Below, piece by piece: positions 30,001 to 42,767 of a stretch of 64,000 nucleotides of DNA. Source of the stretch: a virus; IMG/VR virus record IMGVR_UViG_3300015078_000001, positions 18,468-82,467 of that record; one strand, 5' to 3'. The position numbers and the translations under genes were made by a program. Below the pieces are notes generated by a model that was given only the letters and a program-made list of their open reading frames with translations, searched no databases and was not told the origin of the DNA. How positions within the stretch are numbered: the stretch's first letter is position 1; every line of letters starts with the position of its first letter.

Positions 30001-32269
30001 GAACTTCCTTTAATATTAGAAGGTATGGGAGGTTAGTATGTGGCTACTTTGCTGGCTATTTCATTTTGGCCATAATGATAGATATCTCAGACCGTACTGT
30101 TCTATAGCTACCTGTATCAGGTGCGGCAGAGAAAAGAATAAGCCGATAAGTTGGGAGGAATAGTGGCTTACGTTAGGTTTGGAAAGAGAAGTAATGTGTA
30201 TCTCTATGGCGATGTAAATGGTATGTTTTGCTGTTGTGGTTGTCAGTTACTTTGTGGTAGTTATCCACACCGGCGAGATAAATTGAAGTATCGTCAGGAA
30301 GATAGTGTTTGGCTTCCTGACAGATCAGCGGCTATTTTGCATCTTCGTCATCACCGTTTATATGGTCATGCTTTTCCTAAATATGCTGAAAAAAGACTTA
30401 TAGAAGAGCTTAAAGAAAGTGGCGAAAAACTTACTGGTAAAAAGATACCTTTTGCCAAATATTATAAAGAAAAGAAGTCTAATTTAGCTAGATTTTTAAA
30501 ACTCCTTAAAAGTAAGGAAAACCGCTAATGGAAGAGAAAGAAACAAGCCTATAAAGTGGGAGGAATAATGGAAAGTATGAAATCTATGTACAATGACTAC
30601 CTTGCTACGGGACAGGAATACGACGAACTAGACGATAGAATTAGCGATTTTATAAGATCGGTTTACGAAGAATGTAAACATAATAATATCAGTTTTCGAG
30701 ATATGTCCCATTTTATTGATATTATAAACAGAAATATAGAATCTGAATTCGTACTACTACGGGCAAGCGACATGTATAGAGAGGCACATCCGTCATGTCG
30801 GAAAAAGATATAAATCATACTATTCGTTACTATATTCAGGTATTTAAACGTAGTATAAGAGATGACGTATCTCCTCACTTCGGAGAATGGTGGAATTCGC
30901 TTTCTGATGCGATGAATGCTATAATGAGAGGGTTTCTCTCATTATTTGCTCTTATCTTCACGTTGTTAGCTGATATGTGTAATAGATGGAAGAGTAAGTG
31001 TTATAGAAAAGAAGCTGTTAGGTTAATACCAGGTAGTTGTGCCATACCACATGTAGAAGTTCCAAAGCTTGTATTGGTAGAAAAGAAAAAAGATATAAAC
31101 AATAAATTCTCGTTTTAATCCTGCTTGAATGTCCGTTTTCTGGACATTCGATGGAGGGCTTATGAAGAAATTGTGGAACATATTCCTTCATGTATTTGCC
31201 TGGGGGTGTGTGCTAGGCCCGCTTATTTGGTGTATAATAGATAATCAAAAGCATCCTGCGGAATATAATCCTTGTCAGGTGGAGAATAAATAATGTTTAT
31301 TATTAAATATAGTTATATGTTCGGAACTGCACTATATACAGAGTATTTTAAATCGAAATTCACAGCCAACGAAGCTTTTAATATTAAAGCAAAGTTACAT
31401 CATCAAGGATATAGATTTGTAGATATTATACCTGCATAATCCTGCCTAGTCCCTTTTCCGGACTAGCGGAGGATTTATGTCAATATCTTTGGATGAAATT
31501 CACGTATCAGATAGTATACAACGTAAAACAAGCCTAGTTACTTTAGAACAAAACATAGATACGTCTATTAGAGAAGCAATACGTAGAATAGAAAGAACTT
31601 CTATAGTTTTAGTAGATTATAAGCTTAATGATGCAGAGTTAGAAGATTTGAGACGTAAGTATACTGGAATTCAAATACAACAAAGTAAAGCTCTTTCAGG
31701 TATCGGGTATAAATTAGCATTTCTATGGAACTTGCCCACGTATTAGTACGTGGCGGAGGATATATGAATATTAGTGCAGAACAATACCAGGTACTCAGGG
31801 ATGCAGAAGAAGAGGATATGTATACAACATATGTAGAAGAATCTACTGTACACATTCTTACCTTTGGCAGTAAGCCTGTAGGGGTTTATTCTACTCCTGA
31901 ATTAGCTTTGGATGCCCGAGACAGATTCATAGAAACTGTGGACAAGCATCACGATAAAACCTGGATTGATATTATGTTTGACGTAGTACCAATGCAATTG
32001 GACATGCCTGTAGATATCACTAGAATCAGGCCAAACTAATGAATATTATAAAAATTAAGAGAATATCCGATCTTAGACAAAAACATCCTGGTATAGAAAA
32101 TATGTATCTATCTCTACAACGAGCCCCTATATGGGAAAATATACCGGGAATTCTTAAACTGGCGGAACAGTACATTCAAAATTTTAAAATGTGTCCCGAT
32201 CTTAGTTCTTTATTGCGTAGAAAATGTTCTTTTACTGATAAAGAAAGGGGTTTAATATTAGAGATATGA
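27082..32269 (+). CDS. Array of about 20 small hypothetical genes separated by junction hairpins
   Basis: ORF track; most have GGAGG RBS; 28040-28420 has two TM segments. Confidence 0.6.
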
Positions 32270-32730
32270 TTCATATAGGTTTTACGGGAAGTTCTTCTGT
32301 TATTACTCCTGTACAGGAAAAGATGTTAGAAAGAGAGATGACAGAATTTATCCTAGAAGATGTCTTTCTACACCACGGTGATTGCGTAATCGGAGATGCT
32401 ATAGCGGATAAAATAGGGCGGAAATTGGGATTTGATATAATAATCCATCCGCCTGTTAATCCTAGAAAGCGGGCATTCTGTAAGGGCAGAAATACGACTA
32501 TATTGCCTGAAAAAGATTATCTTGTACGTGATGTGGATATAGTCGTAGCTAGCTCTGTATTAATTGCCTGTCCTGAAACGAAATACGAAGTTATTCGATC
32601 AGGAACCTGGTATACGTATAGACAAGCTAAGAAAAGACACCTTCCTATTATCATAATAGAACCTGATGGTACGGTTTCTCATATAGATTTTAACGATATA
32701 TTTCGGAAACTGCACGATATTACTGTTTAA
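32266..32730 (+). CDS. SLOG-superfamily (DprA/YspA-like) nucleotide-binding protein
   Basis: IGFTGS, HHGDCVIGD and RSGTWYTYRQAKK motifs. Confidence 0.7.
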   Translation: MIHIGFTGSSSVITPVQEKMLEREMTEFILEDVFLHHGDCVIGDAIADKIGRKLGFDIIIHPPVNPRKRAFCKGRNTTILPEKDYLVRDVDIVVASSVLIACPETKYEVIRSGTWYTYRQAKKRHLPIIIIEPDGTVSHIDFNDIFRKLHDITV

Positions 32731-33262
32731 TCCTGCTCATGTCCGAAAAATGGACATGATGGAGGAAGTATGCATATTTTCCATAAATGGAAGTTCTGGA
32801 ATAGTCAAACAGGGAAAACGTACTCATCGCTTAGTACAATACCTGTAGATCATTGGACTCAGGTAATGTATAAGTGTTTTTGTGGTAAAAGAAAAGTAGT
32901 GCGATACGATGGAATCTGGGAAGATAAGGATTTTCAATGAGCATAGAAACTGAAGGTGCTGCACGATATTATAGACGTAAGATAGATCAAGCCTGGGAAA
33001 TGGCAGGACTTGCAAGGCAAGATGGGGATAAAAAAGATGAAGAAAGATGGATAAAAGAAGCACTTGAGTTTCAAAGGCTTCTTGGAGAAGGCTAATGGCC
33101 TACGGAAAACGACTATTAACCGCTCAGTTAAAAGAGCTTATGAAGAGTGATAAAGCTTCTATAGCTCAGAAGATAGCGATAGCAAAACTAATCGCTGAAA
33201 TCAATAACTATAACAAATCTAAACAGTCGAGTATTAAAGGTCTCGGCAGAAAATGAGGAAGT

Positions 33263-35366
33263 ATGAGTTTTAATGTGAAGTTGTTTGATAAAGTAGTAAA
33301 GCACGTAGTAGAAGTTCCTGACCGACTTGCTATGGGCGTTCCTGTAGAAAAAATTAATGAAGATGGTTGTGTAGTCGATTATACAATAGGTAAAACTGTA
33401 GAAGTTCGTCCTCCTTGTGGAACAGCAGGATGTTTTGGAGGATGGACTGTTCTTCTTGGAGAACCGGGAAGAATGAGAGATAAAGTTAATAAGTGGTCTG
33501 CTAAAGGATGGATGTCCGTTTCGAAGGTTGCGGCTAACTTGCTCGGAATTGAAGAAGGGATTTTAGACGATAAACTCTTTCATGTATATAAATGGCCTGA
33601 GAAATATGGTAAAGCCTGGAAGAAAGCTCGTAAACCTTCTGACCGTGTAGCTATCTTTGCAGAACGTGCTGCCCAATTCAGGGCGTGGGCGTTAGAAGAA
33701 GGCTTGTAGTAGTAAAACCTTGCCGATGTCCGGAAAATGGACATCGTGGAGGGTCTATGGCTTGCGATTTATATGAACATATACCTTATACGTATTTAAG
33801 AGTAGAGTTAGCTGAAATAGATGCGATGAAAGTACAGCACGCCAGAGTATACGGTATCTGTAGAAAATGTCAAAGCAAATATTTGATTGGAAAAATACAT
33901 GTTCCTAAACTTCCTGCGTAGTCCGGAAAATGGACTACTGGAGGAATGTCATGAAACATTTCTATTTGCGCGATAAACATAGAAGGCCCGTTGGCTGTGT
34001 AGTCAGTCAGCGATTCGAAAATAACAAATTAGACGTGGTTATGTTTGCCGTATCCGCACATAATCCCTTAGACCGTTTCAGCAGGAAAGAAGCGTTTGTA
34101 GAAGCAGTACGAAATTTTGAAAAGAACGGTGTTATTCTTCCTACCAGGAAGGGTATTAAGATCGACATCATGAAAACTATTGTAGAGCATCCGGTATTAT
34201 TCCCACAGCGTACAAGAGATGCGGCTAAACTATGGTTGAAAGAGCATTCTAATTCCGCTAAAAATGGCTCTTATGTTGAGTGGCTCGATAAGAACGGAAT
34301 AACGTAGTATGCCTGAACCTATACTTAAAGATCATGGAGACGGGCACTATGCAATTATAGCGGATAATTGTATAATTCGTCTTCCTGCTGACGGGTCTAT
34401 TCAAATAGACCCTATGATAGATGGCGCAGTAGATATCAGTCTATACGATTGTTGTGTATCTATTACTCAGCGTAATTCTGAACTAGAACAATGGCCGTAT
34501 ATGAGAATCATAACAGAAGAGGAAAAAGATGCCTAAACCATCCTTAAAAGAGCCGTTCAGGTCTTTGGAATGTGCTATAATTGAAACTCTTATAGCAGGT
34601 CATAAAGAGTGGCGTCCCGATCTTTCTTACCCTGAAAGTCATTCAGATATGCAGGCAGCGGTAAGAGGATTACTTCGTATGTTTGACGTAAAACGCAGAC
34701 CGATTGCGTTAGAATCAAAAGACCTGATAGATATGGAGGATTAGTGAAAAAAGTATTGTATTGTGCAATGGAATATGGTGAATTTGAAGATTTAGTAAAG
34801 AAAGAATATGGCCAAGACTACGAGTTTGTGCCTGATATTGAATGTGGAAATGATTCCGATCATTCTTATAGTATAGAAAAAGAAGAATTAGATAGTTGGG
34901 ATGCTAAGTCGATAGAAGAGTTTAAGTCAACCGGAAAATATAGTTTTATGGCTAGACGATTACTTCAGGATTTGGTCAATAATGATAAACTTCCTGAAGG
35001 TGATTTTCTTATAACTGTGTCGTGGTAGCTTCGGGGGTATCTCAGGATACCTACGGGGGCTCAACTCTCGTTGGAAGAAATTCCGTAAAACATTTTAAAT
35101 TGGAGAACATAATTATGTCGAGTATCACTACTGTAAAGACCACTAAGACCGTCTCGAAGCCTTCTTTCACCTTTTCCGGATTTTCTGTCGGCCAGGCTTT
35201 CTTGCGTCCCGATACCGGAAACGTGTATCTGAAGACCGATTCGAATACTGCGGTTAAGATTGGTCAGGTTGGAAATAATGAGTTTAAGCAGCGTACCCGT
35301 TCGGGTAGCTATTTCGACAACCAGGCTGTTGTTCCTGTCGATGCTACTCTGACGATTGCGGTCTAA
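33263..35366 (+). CDS. Cluster of small hypothetical genes
   Basis: ORF track (33263-33709 with CGTAGCFGGW; 33951-34307; 34309-34536; 34529-34744; 34744-35028; C-terminal part of 35022-35366). Confidence 0.55.
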
Positions 35367-35400
35367 TCCTACCGAAGGGGAAACCCTTCGCGGAGGACGC

Positions 35401-38400
35401 ATGAATGACAAGTTTTTAGGTTCATATGATACTATAACTAATCCAGCAAAGTTGGATTTAGATTCGATAGAGCAATCATTAAAATTAATAATGAATGCTC
35501 CGAATGCTGATTCACTACAAAACTGGACTCAGTCTAAACTTATAAAAATACCCGATGATCCCTGGATCAGCTCTAATAGTGTAAAAAAACAAGAATCTGA
35601 TGTGCCTAGTACTATTCTTGATTTAGTGCCTGGATCAGTCCCGGAAGATTGGCATCATCATATCAATCTTTGTGATAGAGTTGGCGGACTTAATTTTTTA
35701 GGGGGTGGAATTCCTGTACAAGGTGGGTGGATTTATAAAAATACCGTTGTACATGAATCCGCCATAATTGGGTCTGATTGCGCTGTATACGATAACGCTG
35801 TAATAGGTGTAAATGTTCAGATATTTAATAATTGTAAAATATACGGCAATGCTAAGATTTTAAAAGGTATAATTTACAATAAAGTAAAAATATATGGCGA
35901 TGTAGTGATCGATAACAGCAGTATGATGAGTGTTAACGCACCGTATATACACCATAACGTAGAAATTTTCGGGAATGTAAGTATTTTTGGAGATTGTTAC
36001 GTCAGAGACGACAGTAAAGTTTATGAAAATGTCGTTATCAGACAAGATGTCAAAATTATTTCTTCAAAAGTATGTGGAAACGTCACTCTTTGTGATAATT
36101 CATACGTAAGCCGAAGCGATGTCTCAGGTACGGTAGTATTATTTAAAAATGCTTGTATAGTAGACTGTACTTTTATGGGTAAAGATTTTATATGTACAGA
36201 AGGTGTTATATATAGCCAGGAACAGGATGAAAAATACAGGTTAAAACCAATTTTATATAGAACTCAAAAGGCTAAAGGTCTTAAAGTTTTAATGAATTTT
36301 AATTTGTTAGATTCTTCTACTAGTTCTATTTTTGATATAAATACAGTTGAGCCTTGCGTACTATGTAAGAAGTTTGTACGTCCGTGTCCGGTTACTCCCC
36401 GACACGGTTTTGTCGATTCAAGGGTTGTTAAAACGATAGAAGAAGCGACAAAACTAATCGAAGAAACTAAACTTGCCGATCCAGAAGCGGAAATTATAGC
36501 TATGATTGCTTATGATCCGCCTTATTCCGGTGTATGGACACAGGGTAAAATTACTATCGGGCCTGGTAATGACGGGGCTACTTCAGGAAAAGATACCATA
36601 ACTATCCCTATTTCAGGAAGTATTACATATCCTGAAAAAATGGCTGTTATGTGTAAATATGCCGGGGTTACAGAATCTCCTTATGTGGAAATTTTATGGC
36701 TATCAACCTCTACTTATCACGGGGGTAATTATAATAACATATTTGCTCCAATATATGTTCAGTTAAGAGATGGCCCTAAACTTCCAGTTACTGTTGATTT
36801 TATACCTGAAGAATTTACAGTATCTTCTGTTGTTTTAGCAGAAGGAAGTCTTCTTGAATGGGAAGAAAAAGTAAAGACGTTTACACCCGGAACAGTTGTA
36901 TACCATCCCGGAGGCAGTCTTTCCAGCCATTATTCCGTACACTGTGTTTTGAATAACATCCCCGTTCTTATTAGTAAGCAGCCTAAAATCGAGGATAAGA
37001 TAAGGCCATGTCAGAATCAAAATTTTATTATGGATTCTGAAAAAATCAGGCAAGGGTTTGTATACTCCCTTACTTACGATATATCATATATGTCAGCTAC
37101 GTATATGATGCTCGTAGGGTGCCATTCTATATACGATTGGCGGGGAAAAGAAGATTTCCTGCTTGGATTTAGTTTAGGATGTGCGTTTCGGCTGACAGTA
37201 ATAGCCGGAGTAGCGGAATATCGTCACTACCACCATATTAAATCCATAGACGGTGAAAGAAGTACCGTTTATGATAATTTATGGGAATATACCGCGAAGT
37301 TTAGTACCCGCCATATGTTTTTGGAAGCATTAAAAGCCTTTAAAAAAGGTCCAAAACCAGGTTCTGGAGGCATCGGCGGGCCTAAATGGTATGATTATGG
37401 TATTCATGCTGTTGAAATCATGAACTATTTAATTCAGAATGATATTTCTAAATCATTTGAAGTACTGAATACTCTGATTAATGCTGTTCATAACGGTGGA
37501 TGGGGGTTTAATAAATTTGCCAATCAGTCTGATCTGGATGATGCAGCGGCCTCCCCTTCTATAGTTATGATGAAAGTAGCTCCGATTTTATATGAAATTA
37601 AGAAGCATGTCCGGAAAATGGACACGGTTGAATTTCAAAATCTGAGCAAATTCTTCGTAAATCGTAGAAAATGGGAACTTGATATGAGTAAGAGTATAAC
37701 TCAGGTCAATACTGATATCTGCGGATGCGAGGAACATGAGTGTCTTGTATGCTATCCTGAAGGCTGTAAGTGTAAGAGTAAAACATGTCACGATTGTGGT
37801 ATTTGTGGTAAGTGCTGTACTTGTAATAAATGTTTTTGCTTAAAATGTAAGCCTGAAGGTTGTAAATGTAAAAATAAATCGTGTCATGATTGTGACAACT
37901 GTGCGAAATGCTGCGGGTGTCAGAAACACGATTGTATTAAATGCTATAAATATGGTTGTGGTTGTAAAAGTAAAAAATGCCATGATTGTAAGCTTCCCGA
38001 TTGTATATACTGTACTAAAAAGAGTAAGATAACAGAAGTTCAGGCCAGAATACTTGGTAAGTTTATTCTTATTCATTATAAACGACAGGGTGCATCTGGA
38101 TATGAAACCATAAAGAAAGAAATACCGATCAATAATCTGGATAAAATAAAGTTGTGGATTAGTGAAAATAGTACTTCTTCTTCGTGGACAGATAGTACTA
38201 CGGTTATGTATGCTCCCGGTGTATGGAAATATACTACTTGGATGCTCGGGCCGTTTGCTGTCGAGTTACCTTTTCCTTTGGGTAGTTGCGGGTGTGATGG
38301 CCATACCTGTGTTATATGTTACCCTAAAGGCAATTGTCCGTGTAAAAATAAGTATTGCCACGATTGTTATAATCACTGTTGTCTGTATTGTTTTCCTGAC

Positions 38401-38601
38401 GGTTGTGCATGTAACTGTAAAGATTGCCATAAAATACCGTGTATATGCGACGTTATTGACGATGATTACTGCGGATGTCACGATCATGACTGTTCTAAGT
38501 GTTTTCCGGACGGATGTGACTGTTCCTGTGATAGTTGTCATGATGACGGATGTGATAATTGTATAACTCCGGACGAGCCGGAAGAAGAGGTAAGTTACTA
38601 A
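35401..38601 (+). CDS. Giant multidomain protein: left-handed beta-helix, PEP-utilizer-like phosphohistidine domain and Cys-rich repeats
   Basis: Hexapeptide repeats (AIIGSD, AVIGVN, VQIFNN); GTVVYHPGGSLSSHYSVH...NNIPVL; repeated CGCxxHxCxxCxPxGCxC units. Confidence 0.65.
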   Translation: MNDKFLGSYDTITNPAKLDLDSIEQSLKLIMNAPNADSLQNWTQSKLIKIPDDPWISSNSVKKQESDVPSTILDLVPGSVPEDWHHHINLCDRVGGLNFLGGGIPVQGGWIYKNTVVHESAIIGSDCAVYDNAVIGVNVQIFNNCKIYGNAKILKGIIYNKVKIYGDVVIDNSSMMSVNAPYIHHNVEIFGNVSIFGDCYVRDDSKVYENVVIRQDVKIISSKVCGNVTLCDNSYVSRSDVSGTVVLFKNACIVDCTFMGKDFICTEGVIYSQEQDEKYRLKPILYRTQKAKGLKVLMNFNLLDSSTSSIFDINTVEPCVLCKKFVRPCPVTPRHGFVDSRVVKTIEEATKLIEETKLADPEAEIIAMIAYDPPYSGVWTQGKITIGPGNDGATSGKDTITIPISGSITYPEKMAVMCKYAGVTESPYVEILWLSTSTYHGGNYNNIFAPIYVQLRDGPKLPVTVDFIPEEFTVSSVVLAEGSLLEWEEKVKTFTPGTVVYHPGGSLSSHYSVHCVLNNIPVLISKQPKIEDKIRPCQNQNFIMDSEKIRQGFVYSLTYDISYMSATYMMLVGCHSIYDWRGKEDFLLGFSLGCAFRLTVIAGVAEYRHYHHIKSIDGERSTVYDNLWEYTAKFSTRHMFLEALKAFKKGPKPGSGGIGGPKWYDYGIHAVEIMNYLIQNDISKSFEVLNTLINAVHNGGWGFNKFANQSDLDDAAASPSIVMMKVAPILYEIKKHVRKMDTVEFQNLSKFFVNRRKWELDMSKSITQVNTDICGCEEHECLVCYPEGCKCKSKTCHDCGICGKCCTCNKCFCLKCKPEGCKCKNKSCHDCDNCAKCCGCQKHDCIKCYKYGCGCKSKKCHDCKLPDCIYCTKKSKITEVQARILGKFILIHYKRQGASGYETIKKEIPINNLDKIKLWISENSTSSSWTDSTTVMYAPGVWKYTTWMLGPFAVELPFPLGSCGCDGHTCVICYPKGNCPCKNKYCHDCYNHCCLYCFPDGCACNCKDCHKIPCICDVIDDDYCGCHDHDCSKCFPDGCDCSCDSCHDDGCDNCITPDEPEEEVSY

Positions 38602-39896
38602 TGACTTGTCCTAAAAATAGCGGACTAAACCATGAGTGGCAGAGCAAAACTGCCACTCAGATATCTTGTATTCATTGTGACATGAACTGGAATGACTATG
38701 CTCCTGACACCGTAGAAAAAGAGCTAATACAAACAAACGATGGCCGACAGATTTATAAACCAAACGGTCATACAGTTTCGTGTATGTGTACCGATTGTAA
38801 CCCAGATGTAAAACAACACAATGTAGACTGTATTTGCTCGGACTGTGTAGATGATAATCTTGGATGGGTTGTAGTTTGCTCTACTTGTAAGGATAATGAT
38901 ATAGAATACCCTATAAAAGAGGGTGAAACAGAAGACCATACAGTAGCCTGGTGTAACAAATGTAATGCAAATTTTGATCCGTTTTGGGATATAGGAAACG
39001 ATACTCCGCCTGTTTCTACTCCCGGAAACAAACCGTTTCTGTTATCGTCAGGCGATCCTAACGTAAATAAACCTGTTAGTTATATTTCATATGCTTCTAC
39101 GGTGTGTAGTCATCCTCCTACTCATGTTATTAATGGTACGACATGGAATATATATGCAGGTAGACAGAACGACGTAGATAAAGCGGCAGATAATTTCGAT
39201 ATAGTTCTTAATCTTACCGGTTGGCCGTTACAAAGTGAAAAAGAACACGTTATTCCGTTCCAGGAACTCAGTAAATGGAAAAAGAAGTATAAAACTGACT
39301 ATAAATATAAAGAAATTTGTTTAAACTGGCCAGATATGGGAGTTGTTAATCTTCCTAAGGAATTCTGGCTAGATTTAATCAAACTTTTTGATAAAAAGAA
39401 GTCTAAAGTATTGATGTTTTGTATAGGTGGTCATGGAAGAACTGGTACAGCGATGGCGGTTCTTATGGTACTTGGTCTTGGCTATACTCCTGAAAAGGCA
39501 GTAGCCTGGGTAAGAGATAACTATTGTAAGCAGGCTATTGAAACCTGGAAACAGATTAACTATGTTTATAGTATGGTGGGAGAAACCGCACCACCTTCTA
39601 AAGAACGTAAAGACTTCGTATCTAATACATCTGCGACATCTATGTTTAAAAAAGATTGTAGCGCAGATGACAAATGTATTTGTATTACTTGTATGCCTGA
39701 TGCTGAGTATAAAATTCATAAAGAATCTAACTTTACTATCTGGCCACAGTCTTATTTAGACAGAAAAGCAGAACTTATGAAGAGAAAAAAAGAAACGGAA
39801 ACTATACAGGAAAAAATAGATAAAGATTTTGATAAAACATGGTTAAGGGATGGAGAAACAGAAGAAGATTATTTAGCGATGTGGTCAGGATTATAG
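38601..39896 (+). CDS. Protein tyrosine/dual-specificity phosphatase with Cys-rich N-terminus
   Basis: WPD loop (LNWPDMG) and CX5R P-loop FCIGGHGRTGT. Confidence 0.85.
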   Translation: MTCPKNSGLNHEWQSKTATQISCIHCDMNWNDYAPDTVEKELIQTNDGRQIYKPNGHTVSCMCTDCNPDVKQHNVDCICSDCVDDNLGWVVVCSTCKDNDIEYPIKEGETEDHTVAWCNKCNANFDPFWDIGNDTPPVSTPGNKPFLLSSGDPNVNKPVSYISYASTVCSHPPTHVINGTTWNIYAGRQNDVDKAADNFDIVLNLTGWPLQSEKEHVIPFQELSKWKKKYKTDYKYKEICLNWPDMGVVNLPKEFWLDLIKLFDKKKSKVLMFCIGGHGRTGTAMAVLMVLGLGYTPEKAVAWVRDNYCKQAIETWKQINYVYSMVGETAPPSKERKDFVSNTSATSMFKKDCSADDKCICITCMPDAEYKIHKESNFTIWPQSYLDRKAELMKRKKETETIQEKIDKDFDKTWLRDGETEEDYLAMWSGL

Positions 39897-39929
39897 CTTA
39901 CCCGAATCTTTGGATTCGGCGGAGGTTGT

Positions 39930-42560
39930 ATGAAAATTACACCAGACTTAGCAGAAGTAGTTGCTCCAAAACATAGCAGAACATCATGTTCAGATACTGA
40001 CCCTTGTAACGGAAGCTATTCTATTACAGAAGAAACCCTCAAAGGAGTGTTAATATCTAGAGAATTTATACAAGCTCCTAGATGTTTACGATGTTTTTTC
40101 TTATCTAATATAGATGTTTGGGACTGTAGATTAAGTCTATCGTGTACCTTATCCTTAGTACAACCTAGTTTTAAAATACAACAGGTAATTGAATAGTTAG
40201 TATTGCTCATGTCCATTTTCCGGACATGATGGAATATAGGAGACTAAAATGAGTTGGAAGTCACAAGATCGTACTCGGCTATATATCTACCCTAACTGTG
40301 AATGTTTGTTTTATCCTGGACGTACTCATTGCTATAATTGTGTACAGGATAACTATGAAGTAGATGAAGCAAGACAGAGAAATGAGTCAGAACCTAAGAA
40401 ACCTATCTGGTGGTGGAGATGGGCAAAAACAAGGCTTAATCAGCAAGACTTAAACTTTCTATCGGGGTTTATTCCTACAGTAGGGTGGAAGCCTTTTAAG
40501 GGAAAGAGAAAATAATGACTAAATCTAAAGAAGCCATCCTAATGTTAGCTTTATTTTGTCCGGAAAATGGACTAAATATGACACCAACAGAGATAGCATT
40601 ATTTGTCATAAACAGGTTAATTGACACAGAAGAAAAGGTATTGGATTTAGAGGAGGAACTTAGTAATGTCGGATGCTTCTAACGAAGTTAGTACGGGCAA
40701 TATAATTGAATTATGGCTATGTATTACGAGTGGCGGCTGTTTTGGGGCCGCTGTACATAATTTTTGGGCTGGAGCGTGTTTTTCTATGGTAACTTTATTA
40801 ATTTGGTCGCAATCAGAAGATTGGAGAACGGCATACAGGAGTAAAAAGTAATGGCGGATAACGGTACTATAAATCCTATATTCAAATACCTGCAAGGCCG
40901 AACTACCACGTTATTGTGGTTTTTCTCTGTTACAGGTACTGTGTTACAATATATACATAGACTAGACCCCGTTTATATAGGGTTAGCAGGGTTGATTCTT
41001 ACTGCCGCTATGGGGCACAGTATTAAAGAAGATTATAAAGAGTTTAAACTGTCTCCTAACGGCAACGGAAATGGCCATAAAGATGATGACAAGAACGCAG
41101 ATAAAGACGATAATTCTGCTTAAACGTCCAGAAAATGGACGTTTTACGGAGGATTTATGAGAGTATACAGGCATGAAATAAAGATTTTACCTTGGGATAA
41201 TATAACAGAACTAGAATCTCAAATGAACACAATGTCTAATGAAGATGACGGATGTAAGTGGAGAGCGGAGAATCATAAATTGAGCGGTACAGATAGCGGC
41301 GGATGGACTATGTATCGAAGAAGTTGGGAAGAAAATCCTCCGTTACTAGAAGCAAAAGTTAGAGCTTCGGCGGTATTTAATGCACTAAATAGTGCTTCTT
41401 TTCGTACTTTATGTGGTGATAATGAAGAACTTACTCATAAAATAAGTAAATATATCACAGATATTATTAAAGAAGCCGTACAGAAGGAAAACTAATGGAA
41501 ATAGAAAAGGTGTATTTAAATATAAAATTAACTTTAGAAGAAGCGGTTATACTTAAAAGTTTAATAGATAGTGTTTCAGGTACGGGAAGTACAAGAAACA
41601 CAGTTAATCACATTTCAGATACATTAGAAATAGCAGGAATACCTGTAAATTTTACACTTTCTGAAACTATATTTAGGGGTGAATTAATCGCTATTGATCC
41701 GAAGATGGGGAATAATGACCGAACAACACGTAAAATTTATTAGAACTAATGAAAATTGGTATGGTACTTTCGACCCTTTTGACGAGTCAGAGAACATAGA
41801 ATACTGTAATCCAAGACCTTTCCCGTGTTTTAAGTTAACTGTATCTAAGTTTCCCGGTAAAGATACATGGTATATATCTGCTACAGGTACAGATGACGGA
41901 GTATATCAAAAAGAATATAACACTCGACTTGAAGCTTTAACCGATTTTGAATATATAGAAGATTTTACTACTAGAGATTATTTCTCAGAAATGGGGTTTG
42001 AATACTGGTAATGAACTCATTTATATGTCCTCAATGTCATAACACTATAACTGAAACCGATTTCCACAAAATGAGCTGTAGTTATGCTGATTTGTCCAAG
42101 CGACAGATAGATGTAGAAGAGGGAAACAGAATTCGCAGACGTTTTGGTAGTTACGAAGAATAGGAGAATTATGGACAATATTATTAATTTAGTTATTGGC
42201 GATTGGTCAGATGATGGTCATGGAAAGACCCATACTGTAACGGTAAAATCCAACCTTCTTAAAGAAAACATTGATAGGGCGTATTTGGAAGGTGTTAAAA
42301 AAATAGGTGTAGATATATCTGAATATTGTGAAGATTACGAAGATACTTTAGTTCCGATGGAAGCTTTAAAGAAACTAGAAACAGCCGGATTTGATTTATA
42401 CACGTTAGACGGATATGGTGAAGATGAAGAATTTGGCATTTGGTATGAAGATTTTGCTAAAATCTGGATGTTTATAGCTAAAACAGGAAATCCTGATTTG
42501 ATCCTCGTACCCGCTGATCCTAATAGTATAAATATAGGCGGATACGGCCTATTTACTTAA
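39930..42560 (+). CDS. Cluster of small hypothetical genes
   Basis: ORF track; several preceded by family A hairpins. Confidence 0.55.
40851..41123 (+). CDS. Small two-TM membrane protein (holin-like)
   Basis: Two hydrophobic segments and a charged C-terminal tail. Confidence 0.4.
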   Translation: MADNGTINPIFKYLQGRTTTLLWFFSVTGTVLQYIHRLDPVYIGLAGLILTAAMGHSIKEDYKEFKLSPNGNGNGHKDDDKNADKDDNSA

Positions 42561-42591
42561 GTAACCTATACCTTTGGGTATAGTGGTACTT

Positions 42592-42682
42592 GCCGGCACG
42601 CATAGGTTGCCTGGGTGTCTTATAAACATCATAAACAGTAGATGACTGTTCTGAGACGTTTCGAATACGTCTGCCGGTACCA
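42592..42682 (+). tRNA. tRNA-Ile(UAU)-like with long variable arm
   Basis: GCCGGCA/TGCCGGT, A73, CCA; anticodon loop CTTATAA; AACAGT/ACTGTT variable stem; reduced D arm. Confidence 0.65.
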
Positions 42683-42687
42683 AATTT

Positions 42688-42762
42688 CAAAGGTTAAGTT
42701 AACAGAATAAACCTCGTTCTTCTAAAGCGAGAATAGCGGTTTGAGTCCGCTACCTTTGTCCA
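42688..42762 (+). tRNA. tRNA-Arg(UCU)
   Basis: CAAAGGT/ACCTTTG, CCA; anticodon loop CTTCTAA. Confidence 0.85.
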
Positions 42763-42767
42763 AGCTA

